Position numbers and translations under genes: made by a program
Notes under the pieces: model-generated
The model's database searches: none
Seen by the model: only the letters and a program-made list of their open reading frames with translations
Told to the model about the DNA's origin: nothing
Shown here: positions 13,623 through 25,700 of the stretch, piece by piece
Numbering within the stretch: position 1 is the stretch's first letter
How the letters are laid out: every line of letters begins with the position of its first letter
NCBI RefSeq assembly: GCF_963921235.1
Contig: NC_086108.1
Coordinates: 38,504,001 to 38,568,000, forward strand
DNA from: Mobula hypostoma
Taxonomy: Eukaryota
DNA length: 64,000 nucleotides
Direction: 5' to 3'

Positions 13623-16098
13623 AACTGAAGGAAGAGTGAGTAAGGGATTTGAAAGTGGGAGGGGGAGGGGGAGATCCAAAATGATAGGAGAAGACAGGAG
13701 GGGGAGGGATAGAGCCAAGAGCTGGACAGGTGATAGGCAAAAGGGATACGAGAGGATCATGGGACAGGAGGTCCGGGAAGAGAGACAAGGAGGTGGGGGG
13801 GGGGACCCAGTGGATGGGCAAGGGGTATATTCAGAGGGACAGAGACAGAAAAAGGAGAGTGAGAAAGAATGTGTGTATAAAAATAAGTAACAGATGGGGT
13901 ACGAGGGGGAGGTGGGGCATTAGCGGAAGTTAGAGAAGCCGATGTTCATGCCATCAGGTTGGAGGCTACCCAGACGGAATATAAGGTGTTGTTCCTCCAA
14001 CCTGAGTGTGGCTTCATCTTTACAGTAGAGGAGGCCGTGGATAGACATGTCAGAATGGGAATGGGATGTGGAATTAAAATGTGTGGCCACTGGGAGATCC
14101 TGCTTTCTCTGGCGGACAGAGCATAGATGTTCAGCAAAGCGGTCTCCCAGTCTGCGTCGGGTCTCGCCAATATATAAAAGGCCACATCAGGAGCACCGGA
14201 CGCAGTATATCACCCCAGCCGACTCACAGGTGAAGTGTTGCCTCACCTGGAAGGACTGTCTGGGGCCCTGAATGGTGGTAAGGGAGGAAGCGTAAGGGCA
14301 CGTGTAGCACTTGTTCCGCTTACACGGATAAGTGCCAGGAGGGAGATCAGTGGGGAGGGATGGGGGGGACGAATGTACAAGGGAGTTGCGTAGGGAGCAA
14401 TCCCTGCGGAATGCAGGGGGGCGGGGAGGGAAAGATGTGCTTAGTGGTGGGATCCCGTTGGAGGTGGCGGAAGTTACCGAGAATAATATGTTGGACCCGG
14501 AGGCTGGTGGGGTGGTAGGTGAGGACCAGGGGAACCCTATTCCTAGTGGGGTGGCGGGTGGATGGAGTGAGAGCAGATGTACGTGAAATGGAGGAGATGC
14601 GTTTAAGAGCAGAGTTGATAGTGGAGGAAGGGAAGCCCCTTTCTTTAAAAAAGGAAGACATCTCCCTCGTCCTAGAATGAAAAGCCTCATCCTGAGAGAG
14701 CAGAGTTGATGGTAGAGGAAGGGAAGCCTCTTTCTTTAAAAAAGGAAGACATCTCCCTCGTCCTAATAGCAGAGTTGATAGTGGAGGAAGGGAAGCCCCT
14801 TTCTTTAAAAAAGGAAGACATCTCCCTCATCCTAGAATGAAAAGCCTCATCCTGAGAGAGCAGAGTTAATGGTGGAGGAAGGGAAGCCCCTTTCTTTAAA
14901 AAAGGAAGACATCTCCCTCGTTCTATAGCAAAGTTGATAGTGGAGGAAGGGAAGCCCCTTTCTTTAAAAAAGGAAGACATCTCCCTCATCCTATAGCAGA
15001 GTTGATAGTGGAGGAAGGGAAGCCCCTTTAGCAGAGTTGATAGTGGAGGAAGGGAAGCCCCTTTAGCAGAGTTGATAGTGGAGGAAGAGAGCCCCTGCTC
15101 TCACTCCCTTAAACGCATCTCCTTCATTTCACGTACATCTGCTCTCACTCCATCCTCCTGCCACCTCAATAGGAATAGGGTTCCCCTGGTCCTCACCTTC
15201 CACCCCACCAGCCTCCGGGTCCAACATATTATTCTCCGTAACTTCCGCCACCTCCAACGGGATCCCACCACTAAGCACATCTTTCCCTCCCCGCCCCCCT
15301 GCATTCCACAGGGATCGCTCCCTACGCAACTCCCTTGTACATTCGTCCCCCCCATCCCTCCCCACTGATCTCCCTCCTGGCACTTATCCTCGTAAGCAGA
15401 ACAAGTGCTACACGTGCCCTTACACTTCCTCCCTTACCACCATTCAGGGCCCCAAACAGTCCTTCCAGGTGAGGCAACACTTCACCTGTGAGTCGGCTGG
15501 GGTGATATACTGCATCCGGTGCTCCCGATGTGGCCTTTTATATATTGGCGATACCCGACGCAGACTGGGAGACCGCTTTGCTGAACATCTACACTCTGTC
15601 CGCCAGAGAAAGCAGGATCTCCCAGTGGCCACACATTTTAATTCCACATCCCATTCCCATTCTGACATGTCTATCCACGGCCTCCTCTACTGTAAAGATG
15701 AAGCCACACTCAGGTTGAAGGAACAACACCTTGTATTCCGTCTGGGTAGCCTCCAACCTGATGGCATGAACATCGACTTCTCTAACTTCTGCTAATGCCC
15801 CACCTCCCCCTCGTACCCCATCTGTTACTTATTTTTATACACACATTCTTTCTCTCACTCTCCTTTTTCTCCCTCTGTCCCTCTGAATATACCCCTTGCC
15901 CATCCTCTGGGTTCCCCCCCCCCCCCACCTCCTTGTCTTTCTTCCCGGACCTCCTGTCACATGATCCTCTCGTATCCCTTTTGCCTATCACCTGTCCAGC
16001 TCTTGGCTCCATCCCTCCCACTCCTGTCTTCTCCTATCATTTTGGATCTCCCCCTCCCCCTCCAACTTTCAAATCCCTTACTCACTCTTCCTTCAGTT

Positions 16099-16135
16099 AG
16101 TCCTGACGAAGGGTCTCGGCCTGAAACATCGACTG
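16099..16135 (+). ncRNA. Hammerhead motif, degenerate stem III
   Basis: AGUC-CUGACGA-AGGGUCUCGGCCU-GAAACAUC-GACU; the ACGU palindrome is changed to ACAU. Confidence 0.65.
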
Positions 16136-16697
16136 CACCTCTTCCTAGAGATGCTGCCTGGCCTGCTGCGTTCACCAGCAACTTTTATGTGTGTTGCTTG
16201 AACTTCCAGCATCTGCAGAATTCCTGTTGTTTGGATCCACTACAATTTGCCTACCAGTACAATAGCTCCAAAGCTATTTCATTGGCTCTTCACTCAAGCC
16301 TGGAACATCTGGACATCAAAGATACATACATCAGGGTGCTCTTTATCAACTACAGCTCACATTCAACATGATTATCCCCTCAGAACTAATCAATAAGCTT
16401 CAAGATCTTGGCCTCAATACTTCCTCGTGCAACTGGATCCTTGATTTCCTCACTTGCAGACCCCAGTCAGTTTAGATTGGCAACAACATCTCCATTACAA
16501 TCTCCATCAGCACAGATGTACCTAGTCCCTGCTCTACTAACTTTATACTTATGATGGTGAGGCTAAGCACAGCTCCAATACCATATTTAAGTTTTCTGAT
16601 GATGCCACTGTCATTGACTGAATCAACGATGGTGATGAATCAAAGGAGGAGGTTGAAAATCTGGCTGAATAGTGCTACAACAACAACCTCTCACTCA

Positions 16698-16795
16698 AAG
16701 CAACATACACAAAATGCTGGAGGAATTCAGCACGTCAGGCAGCATCCATGGAAATGAACAAACAGTAGACGTTTTGGGCCATTTCTTCAGGACTC
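16698..16795 (-). mobile_element. Short Penelope-like 3' fragment ending at the hammerhead remnant
   Basis: GCAACATACACAAAATGCTGGAGG...GTAGACGTTTTGGGCC...CAGGACT, flanked by an approximate CTCACTYAA duplication inside the Rex LINE. Confidence 0.65.
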
Positions 16796-18310
16796 ACTTA
16801 ATGTCAGCAAAGAGATAATTATTAACTTCAGGAGGAGGAAACCGAAGGTCCATGAACCAGTCCTCAGCAGGGCATCAGCAGTAGAGAGGGTCAGCAACTT
16901 TAAATTCCACAGTGTTATCATTCCAGGGGATCTGTCCCGGGCCAGGCACGTGAGTGCAATTACAAAGAAAGCATGGCAGTGCCTCTACTTCCTTAGAAGT
17001 TTGCAAAGATTTGGCATGACATCTGAAACTTTGACAACTATCTATAGATGTGCGGTGGAGAGTTTATTGACTGGTTGCATCACGGCCTGGTATGGAAACA
17101 CCAATGCCCTTGAATGGAAAATCCTGCAAAACATAGTGGATACAGTCCAGTCCATCACAGGTTAAGCCCTCCCCACCATTGAGCACATCTACATGGAACA
17201 CATTCACTAGCAAAGCAGCATCCAACATCAATGAACCCCACAACCCAGGCCGTGCTCTCTTCTTAATGCTGCCATCAGGAAGAAGGTACAGGAGCCTCAG
17301 GTCTCACACCATCAGGTTCAGAAACAGTTATTACCCCTCAATCGTCAGGCTCTTGAACCAGAGGGGATAACTTCACTCAGCTTCACTCGCTCCATCAGTG
17401 AACTGTTCCCCCAACCTATAGACTCACTTCCACATTCTCTTCTTCTTATGTTCTCAATATTTATTGCTTATTAATTTATTATTATTATTTTATTCTTCTC
17501 TTTCATACTTGCACAGTTTGCACATTGTTTTCTTTTATCCGTCCTGTCAGGTGTGTCTTTCATTGATTTTATTGTGCTTCATGGATTTATTGTGTATGCC
17601 AGCAAGAAAGCAATCTCAAGGTTGTACGTGCTGACATACTGTATATGTACTTTGATAATAAATTTACTTTGAAGTTTGAAACTGTCATTAATTACCAACT
17701 AAGTATTTTCAGTTAAGTAAGCGTTGGGGCCCAATCAGTTTATAAGATTTCTTGGGGGAGTGGGGGGAGGAACGAGAATTTTCCAACAATTTATCAAAAT
17801 ATTGAATACATACCAGCTCATAATGATGTGTTATCTTGTTTTACGTTTGGCAATAAAACAGGAGAAATGTAAAATTCTACATGTAATTTAAAATTTTGGT
17901 TACAATAAAAACAGAACATATGTATATGTATATACCCAAGTTTAAATATAAACCTTTACCGAAAGAAATCTTTACAAAAGTAGTCAAAAGATAGTATTGA
18001 ATTAGTTGAAAGTATCAAACAGAATTTTTTTCAGAGGAAAATAAAATTAAGGGTTAAAATAAGAAGAACCATGTAGTCTAAAGGGAAGAAATATAGAATG
18101 AGTAAAGTCTCTGTTTGAATAATGTTCAGGGAATAGAAGAAATTGTTGGATCTGTGCAGATCTTGTGTGGTTTTGGCTGCTTAAGTCAGCATAAAATCCA
18201 AATATTTTTTAGAATATTTGCACTTAATATTTTTGCTATTACGTAGTCAATTCTATATAAGCTTTATATAATCATAACTAATATTGAACTTAACCTTTCT
18301 CTTACATTAG

Positions 18311-18487
18311 AATGCAGCCAACCCAAACGAATTGAAAATGCAGCACCTAGATTAAGCGCCAGTAATAATCGTTATCCTCATAATTCTTTCGTGCCTTATC
18401 ACTGTGATTCAGGATATGTGGGTATTTTACGATACATGTGTGTGAATGGAGAATGGATCAAGAGCAATCCAGAGCATACTTGCAGTT
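18311..18487 (+). CDS. CFH-like exon 2 (CCP1)
   Basis: TAG acceptor, GTAAGT donor, 177 nt, phase 1-1. ECSQPKRIENAAPRLSASNNRYPHNSFVPYHCDSGYVGILRYMCVNGEWIKSNPEHTCS has four Cys and the Trp, and resembles factor H CCP1 (..CRKGEWVALNPLRKC). Confidence 0.93.
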
Positions 18488-18989
18488 GTAAGTGAGACTG
18501 AGACATAGATATTTATTTGCTTTCCTTACTCTACTTAAAAATAATTTGTTAATACAATATATGATACAAGATTGTGGCCTAAGCTGCATGGATGCAATGT
18601 ATCCTCTGGTGGTTTCCTACTGTTTAAGATAAAACTTGGGAAAAATAAAAAAATCCTGCCCTGTTTCCAAGAACTAACTTTGCTAGTTAACAAGATCATG
18701 GCTAATCTGAATGTAAACTCAACACTGATTCTCATTTATCAAACAATAAGCTCAGAATGTTATGTTAATCTATTTTGTATTTAGCAGTTAACAGGAGAAT
18801 CCTAAAATTCTACATGTAGTTTAATATTTTAGTTACAATAAAAACAAAGCAAAATACTAAATATATACATAAGTCTAAAAATAAATCTTTGCAGAAGTAA
18901 GTTTTTATAAAAACTGTCAGGGGTTAGAAAGAATCAACTAATTGAAAGTGTAAAATAGACATATTTAACAGTAAAATTTTTTATTAAAT

Positions 18990-19910
18990 ACCTATTGACT
19001 TCTGTCCTAAAAGTACTCACAGACTCTGCTTCCACAGCTCTTTATGGAAAATAGTTCCAAAGACTAAAAGAATTTCACTTGAGCTCCATCTTAAAGTGAT
19101 GACCCTTACTTTTAAGAATAACCACCTGTTCTAGATTCTTCTTCAAGGGGAATCATTGTCTCCACATCCACTCCATCAAGACACCTCATGCTCTTATCAT
19201 CCCCTATCATATTCCAAAGCTCCAACAGATACGAACACTAGACTGCACGATCTTCCTCATAAGGCAGTTAACTCATTCCCAGTGCAATAAACCTTCTCCA
19301 AACTTTTTCCAATATACTAACACTCTTCCTGATATAAGAAGACTGATTCTGTACATAGTACTCCAGATCTGGTATCACCAGAGACTTATGCAATTGAAGA
19401 AAATTATCTCCACTTTTGTATTAAATCCTCTTAGCAATAAACCATTAGAACTCTCTCAGTTTTCTTAATTAATTTCTGTACCTGCATACAAGTCTGCTGA
19501 GAATCACATCTACAGTAAGACATACACATCCCTATGCAAGTCAGATTTCTGAAATCTCTCATCATTTAGAAAATTTTCGCTTTCTTGTCAAAATGTAGCA
19601 TTTCACATTTTCTCATATTATACTCCATTTTAAGAATTGTTGCAGATTGTATAACCTCTCTGTAGCTTCATTTTGTCCTCTTCACAACTTACTTCTCCCA
19701 ACTGTGTTTGAAGTCAGCACATTTTTCTTTGGACCTTTCATCTAATTCTTTCATATAAATTATAAAATGCAGAGACTCCAGGAATAAGTCCTGCTGCACA
19801 TACAGTAACTCATTACATCTCACCAACTGGAAGGTGGTTCATTGGTGGCTACTCTGTGCTTCCTCTTAACCACTCAATCTTCTTTCCACAGCTCTGTGTT
19901 ACCTCCTATC
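18990..19910 (-). mobile_element. Old CR1-like LINE remnant
   Basis: Degenerate similarity to the other minus-strand CR1 copies (ACATAGTACTCCAGATCTGGT, CATTTCACATTTT segments). Confidence 0.55.
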
Positions 19911-20942
19911 TCTCTAATTTCCTTTCATACAGCACCTGAATCCTCTGGGATAGAACAGTGATGCTGTAGATGGTGTATCTTCCTCACACATGCAACTGCA
20001 ATCACTCGATAATATGCTCCAGTGTTGTCCAGATGAAGTTTGCACATGCTCCCTATAACTGAGTGGAATTCCTCCAGTTATTTTAATTTCCCACATCCCA
20101 GAGAAGTGTTGGTTGTTGGGTTTCTTGGTGGATGAATAGTTGTTAATACTGTGCAAGGATATAAAGTGAAGCAAAATAAGTAGAAAATATGTTTGACGAG
20201 ATTACCTTGAGGGCCAGCATGAGTACCTTGGCTAAGTAGCATCATTTAATGTCATAAGAACAAACGGAAATTAAAAGCTGTGAAGAGCACCCTGGTTAAT
20301 TTTTCTGGCCATAATATACATCCCCTTTAAAGGACTTTAATTAGTATTGGACAATTGCAATAATAGACCACTGCATGTTCATATTTTGTCATTTTCAATA
20401 TCAACATATTGATTATTTATTTAATAAATAGCTAAGAAAATTAAATGTTTATTTTTTTGATTTAGAAGACCAGGGGGTAATCCTATTGAATACAAGATCC
20501 TTGGTGGGTAGGTGGGGATAATGCTGGCTGCTGCTGTGATGTTTCCACCAGGAGAATCTTGAACAAGGTGACAGAACATTGAACCAAGGTAATTTAAAAC
20601 TGAGGTGCAATCTCTGGAATTCTCTAACCTGGAGGGTTTAAGAGTTAGGGGTAACATAAAGGAGAAGTGATAAATGTTTGAAAAACAGCAAATTGAAAGG
20701 TATGGAAAATTGGCACAGAAGAGGCCTAGAATGGATTAGCCATGAGCTTATTGAACAGGGCAGGTTTGAGGGGCTGGGTGGCCTACTCCTGCTCCTATTA
20801 CCTTATGTTCTTTTGGCACTCATTGCAATATTTAAATATGCATGATGTTAGATAATAAATATCAAATTCTACTGACTATTCTGTACTGATAAAACTGCCA
20901 ATTAATGTTCACTACTATTTCAAACCCAACGTCAAACATTAG

Positions 20943-21048
20943 TAAAGCGTTGTGGAACTCCAAAAGATATTTTACATGGAACATTTAAGCTGACTCAAGG
21001 TGAAGACTTGGTGTTTGGTGCTCGCATTGAATACAAGTGCGATGAAGG
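20943..21048 (+). CDS. CFH-like exon 3 (CCP2, first half)
   Basis: TAG acceptor, GTAAGG donor, 106 nt, phase 1-2. LKRCGTPKDILHGTFKLTQGEDLVFGARIEYKCDEG, split within the Gly codon as in RCA genes. Confidence 0.93.
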
Positions 21049-21119
21049 GTAAGGAGTAAATTTTAACAATCTGATTGTATTTACTTGCCAGGAGAAAGAA
21101 TAGTTACACATGACAACAT

Positions 21120-21505
21120 AACTACTATGAAGGGGATCTCAATAATACTGGTCAAATATTGAAGGGCCTAGGTAGATGGACGTAAGAGGATATTTCCATT
21201 TCTGGGGCAGTTTAGGACCAGAGGGCACAGCCTCAAAATACAAGGGCATCCATTAGGACAGAGGTGAGGAAGAATTTCTTGAGCTAGAGGGTGGTAAACC
21301 ATTGTCAAAGATGGTTGTGGAGTCTAGATCATTTGGTATATTTAAAGCAGAGGTAGGTAGGTTCTTGATGAGGAGGTGGGTCAAAGGTTATGGGGAAAAG
21401 ACAGGAGAATAAGGTTGACTGGGAAATTACCAAATGGCAGAGTAAACTCAATGGGCTGAAGGCCCTAATCCTGCTCCTGTTTTATAGTCTTTTAGACCTA
21501 TGGTC
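21120..21505 (+). mobile_element. CR1-clade LINE 3' end
   Basis: AGGACCAGAGGGCACAGCCTC...AATTTCTT...GAGGGTGGT motif and 3' UTR; similar to 61200-61590. A weaker remnant lies at about 20440-20810. Confidence 0.7.
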
Positions 21506-21543
21506 TCTCATTACTATTTTGATGAACTGGTCAATGAATGTAA

Positions 21544-22148
21544 TGTAACCCTCAGGCTCTCCCAGCTCGCATCCGTCTAGGGGAACCAGCCTGCAGCCCC
21601 GCCAAACTGGGTAATCACATTTCTGTGGATGCTGTGTAATGTACCCCCAGTTACAAACCCACAACACTAGATATCAGATAGTACACCATCTGCAATTAAA
21701 TGATAGACTTTGTGAATCTTGATCTGAATATAGGGTTAGGAATGGAAAAAAAACAAAGCAAGAAAAAGGGCCCGAGTCAAAGTCAAAGTCCCAGCTGGAG
21801 CTCACTCAGTAGGCACTCTTCCACCATCGATCACCTCTGAATGTCACCAACCTTCGGACTCCCACTCAGGGTCCACCCCGTCCGGCAGTCTACCAGATTT
21901 CTCCATTCACGTCTTCTCTCTTCATCTCTCCCTCTCCTTCTTCTGGCAAAATCCCGCAAAAACAACTGCTTCCAGAATCACAAGAACAGCAACAATCTCT
22001 TATTGGCTAGCCACTGAATTCCAAAGTCCCATTATCTCTAGTCATAACCCAAACACTGCTGTGACAGAGAAACCATTACCTTAACAGTGGAACATTGCAT
22101 AGAAGCCATTACATTAGCCTTAGCAGTGAAACCTTACAGCGTGTTACA
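21544..22148. mobile_element. Probable solo LTR (about 605 bp)
   Basis: Inverted termini TGTAAC...GTTACA, non-coding interior; flanks share TAA(T), but the TSD is ambiguous. Confidence 0.55.
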
Positions 22149-22691
22149 TAATATTGTCTAATCTATTGTACATAGAACATAGAATATTACAGCATAGAAC
22201 AGGCCCTTTGGTACACGATGTTGTGTCGACTTTTTAATCTACTCTAAAATCATTCTAACCCTTCCTTCTTCCAACATTGTCCTCCATTTTTCTGTCATCC
22301 ATGTAGCTATATAAAAGTTTCTTAAATGTCCCTAATATATCTGGCTCTACCACCAGCCATGGCAGAGCTTTCCACACACCCTCCATTCTCTGTGAGAACA
22401 GCTTACCTCTGACACCTCCTTATACTTTCTTCCAACCACTGTCAAATTCTGCTCCTTTCTATCAGACTTTCCTGCCCTGGGAAAAAAGTCTCTTGCTATC
22501 AACTCTATCTATGCCTCTTTTTACCTCTATCAAGTCACCATCAGGTCATTTTGCTCCAAAGAGTGAATCCAAGCTCTCTCAACCTACCTTCATAAGACAT
22601 TCCCTCTGGCCCCTCTGGTCCAAATCTCCTCTGAACCCTCTCTAAAGTTTCCACATCCTTCGTATAATAAGATGACCACAATATTCCAAGA

Positions 22692-22863
22692 AGAGGTACA
22701 GTCGACGTTTCGGGCCGAGACCCTTCGTCAGGACTGACGAAGGGTCTCGGCCCAAATCATCGACTGTACCTCTTCCTAGAGATGCTGCCTGGCCTGCTGC
22801 GTTCACCAGCAACTTTGATGTGTGTTGCTTGAATTTCCAGCATCTGCAGAATTCCTCATGTTT
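22692..22863. mobile_element. 172-bp Penelope-derived hairpin insertion with divergent hammerhead motifs
   Basis: 14-bp TSD ACAATATTCCAAGA at 22678-22691 and 22864-22877; inverted arms meet at CGTCAG-GA-CTGACG. Confidence 0.9.
22699..22736 (-). ncRNA. Intact minimal type I hammerhead ribozyme motif
   Basis: Minus strand CAGUC-CUGACGA-A-GGG(UCUCGG)CCC-GAA-ACGU-C-GACUG: 5-bp stem I, 3-bp stem II, palindromic ACGU stem III, GUC cleavage triplet. Confidence 0.88.
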
Positions 22864-24974
22864 ACAATATTCCAAGAGTTGTCTAACCAGGGATTTATGG
22901 ATCAGCCACATTATCTCCTGACTCTTGAACTCAATCCCCAACTAATGAAGACTAACACATCATATGCCTTCTTAACAACCCCATCAGCCTGAGTGACAGC
23001 TGGCAGCTTTGAGGGATTTATGGACATGGATCCCAAGATCCCTCTGGTCCTCCACACTGCCAAGAAACCTGACATTAACCCCGTATTCTGACTTCAATGT
23101 CAACCTTTCAAAATTAATCAATTCATATTTTTTTCAGGGTGAATTGCATCTGTGATTTATCAGCCAACTCTGCATCCTGCCAATATCCGATTACAACCTG
23201 CAACAACTCACCACACTATCTACAACTCCACCAACCTTTGTGTCATCTGCAACCTTATTAACCCACCCTTTTACTTCCTCATCCAAGTCATTTATAGAAA
23301 TCACAAAGAGCAGGGGTCCAAAAACAGATTCCTGCAGAACACCTCTGGCCTTTGACCTCCAGGCAGAATACATTCCATCTACCACCCTCTGCTTTCTATG
23401 GGCAAGGAAGTTCTCTGTGTCCATGCAGTTTCCTTGTATCCCATGGCTCTTGACATTCTCAATAAGCCTACCATGGCGAACCTTACTAAAATCCATATAC
23501 ATCACATTTACTGCTCAATCTTCATCAATGTGCTTTGTCAGATCCTCAAAGAATTCAATCATGCTCGTGATTGTCCCTCTTTCAAAGACAAGCTAACTAT
23601 CCTTAATCAGGCTTTGTTTCTCCATATTCTTGTAAGTTCTGCCTCTAAGAATCTTCTCCAATATTTTGTCATTCTCTGATATAAAACTCATTGGTCCATA
23701 ACTCCCAGGGTTATCCTTAACTGCCTTTCTTGGACAAAGGAATAATATTTGCCACCCTCCAATCATCTGGTGCTACTGTAGTGGCCAGTGAGGATGCAAA
23801 GATCATCACTAGAAGTGCAGCAATCGCCTTCCTTACATCTGGTAGTAATCTGGGATATATCCCGACTGGCTCCAGGGACTTATTTATCCTAATGATTTTC
23901 AAAAGTTCTAGCACATCCTTTTTCTAAACATCAATATGTTCAAGCACATCAGTCTCTTTTACGCTGTATTCACAAAGCTACAAGCTCCATCTCACTGGTG
24001 GATACTGAAGCAAAGTATTCATTAAGGACATCATCTATCTCTTCCGACTCCAGGCACATGTTTCCTCCACTGAACCTGATCGGACCTACCTCAATCTAGA
24101 CACTTTTGAGTGCTTCACATACATGTAGAGCACCTTTGGATTTTCCTTAATTCCACTTGCCATGGCCTTCTCATCTCTTCTAGTTCTCTTGTCCATTCTT
24201 CAGCACCTCCATGGCTGCCTGGAGCCTCAGTGCCCTATCTGATCCTTGCTTTCTGAACTTTAAGTAAGCTTCTTTCCCTCTCTTGTCAACCATGGTTTCT
24301 TCACCCTACCATCCTTTCCCTACCTCACTGTGACAAACTTATCCAGAACCCCCAGCAATTGCTCCCCAAACAACCTCCATATTTCTGTTGTATATTTCCC
24401 TAGGTACATCTGTTCTCAATTTATGCTCCCCAGTTCCTGCCTAATAGCATTATACTTCCAACTCCCTCAGTTAACTACTTTCTCATACTATCTGCTTCTA
24501 TCCATCTCCAAGGTGAAACTAAAGACCAGGGAGTTGTGGGCACTAAACAGAAATGTTCAACTGACAACCATCTTGGTTCATTGTCCAGCACCAAATCCAG
24601 TACGTTTTTCCTCTCGTCCCCCTGTCTACATATTGAGTCAGGGATCTTTCATGGACACAACTAACAAATTGCACCCAATCTAAACCTTTTGCACTGAGGA
24701 AGTGCCCATTAATATGAGGGAAGTTAAAGTCTCCTGTGACAACAGCCCTCTTATTTTCGCATCTTTCCAAAATCTGCCTCCTGATCTGTTCCTCTGTGTC
24801 TCTGTTGCTATTGGGGAGTCTATAGAATACTCCCAATAAAGTGATTGCTCTTCTCCTGTTTCCCACTTCCACCCATTCTGATCCAGTAAATAATCCCTGT
24901 ACAAGTCCGCTCTTTCTGCAGCTGTGATCCTATGGAGGGGGCACTGCACAAGATCTGAAAAAGCTGCAGAAATT

Positions 24975-25263
24975 ATGGCTAACACAAGAGGGCATAGTTT
25001 TAAGGTGCTTGGAAGTAGGCGCAGAGGAGATGTCAGGGGTAAGTTTTTTACACAGAGAGTGGTGAATGCGTGGAATGGGCTGCTGGCAACAGTGGTGGAG
25101 GCGGATACAATAGGGTCTTTTAGGAGACTCCTGGATAGGTACATGGAGGTTAGAAAAATAGAGGGCTTTGGGTAGCCTTCGGAAATTTCTATGTAAGTAC
25201 ATGTTCGGCACAGCTTTGTGGGCCGAAGGGCCCGTATTGTGCTGTAGGTTTTCTATGTTTCTA
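24975..25263 (+). mobile_element. Young CR1 3' end nested in the older CR1
   Basis: ANTRGHSFKV...FFTQRVVNAWNGL plus CTATGTTT tail. Confidence 0.8.
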
Positions 25264-25284
25264 AAGTAGTAAACTCAACCAGCT

Positions 25285-25700
25285 TCACCATGGGCACTAG
25301 CCCCCCTCCCCAGCATCCAATACCTTCAAAAGACGATGCCTCATGAAGGCAGCATCTATCATTAAGGTTCCCCATGACCCAGCACATGCCCACTTGTCAT
25401 TGCTACCATCAGGAAGGGGTACAGCAGCCTGAAGACACACAACTGTTTCAGGAACAGCTTCTTCCCCTTTGCCATCAGATATCTGAATGGAAATTAAACC
25501 CATTAATACTATCTCACTATTTTTCTTCTACCTTTTGTCCCATTTATTTAATTTAATTTTTTCTCAGTATATGTATATATATCTTATGGTAATTTATATT
25601 TTTCATTTAATTATGTATAGCAATAGCAATGTATTGCTGCTGCAAAACAATAAACTTCATGACTTATGCCAGTGACATTAAACCTAATTCTGATTCTGAT
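25285..25700 (+). mobile_element. Rex1-like 3' fragment nested in CR1
   Basis: CTACCATCAGGAAG motif, AT-rich 3' UTR, (ATTCTG)n tail. Confidence 0.65.

Larger units (their letters stand above)
13524..16229. mobile_element. Penelope-like element (Neptune-type GIY-YIG), palindromic insertion with about 1.1-kb arms
   Basis: ORF 15469-15795 VIYCIRCSRCGLLYIG...RLGDRFAEH...HFN...GMN is a GIY-YIG endonuclease, mirrored on the minus strand at about 13920-14250. 16-bp TSD TTTGGATCCACTACAA at 13508-13523 and 16230-16245. Confidence 0.92.
11677..17680 (+). mobile_element. Rex1/Babar-like LINE, near full-length but decayed, interrupted by two Penelope-like insertions
   Basis: APE remnant (HFGKSDHLTVLL) at about 12600; RT ..[13 protein letters not shown] resumes after 16245; LPSGRRYRS C-terminus; AATAAA and TTTGAA tail. 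Possible TSD ACTRTCATT at 11668-11676 and 17681-17689. Confidence 0.85.

Noticed and set aside
13540..16371. Recurring ORFs such as [15 protein letters not shown] and [15 protein letters not shown] as a small gene family
   Set aside because: Translations of the non-coding PLE 3' region, repeated because the element is repeated.
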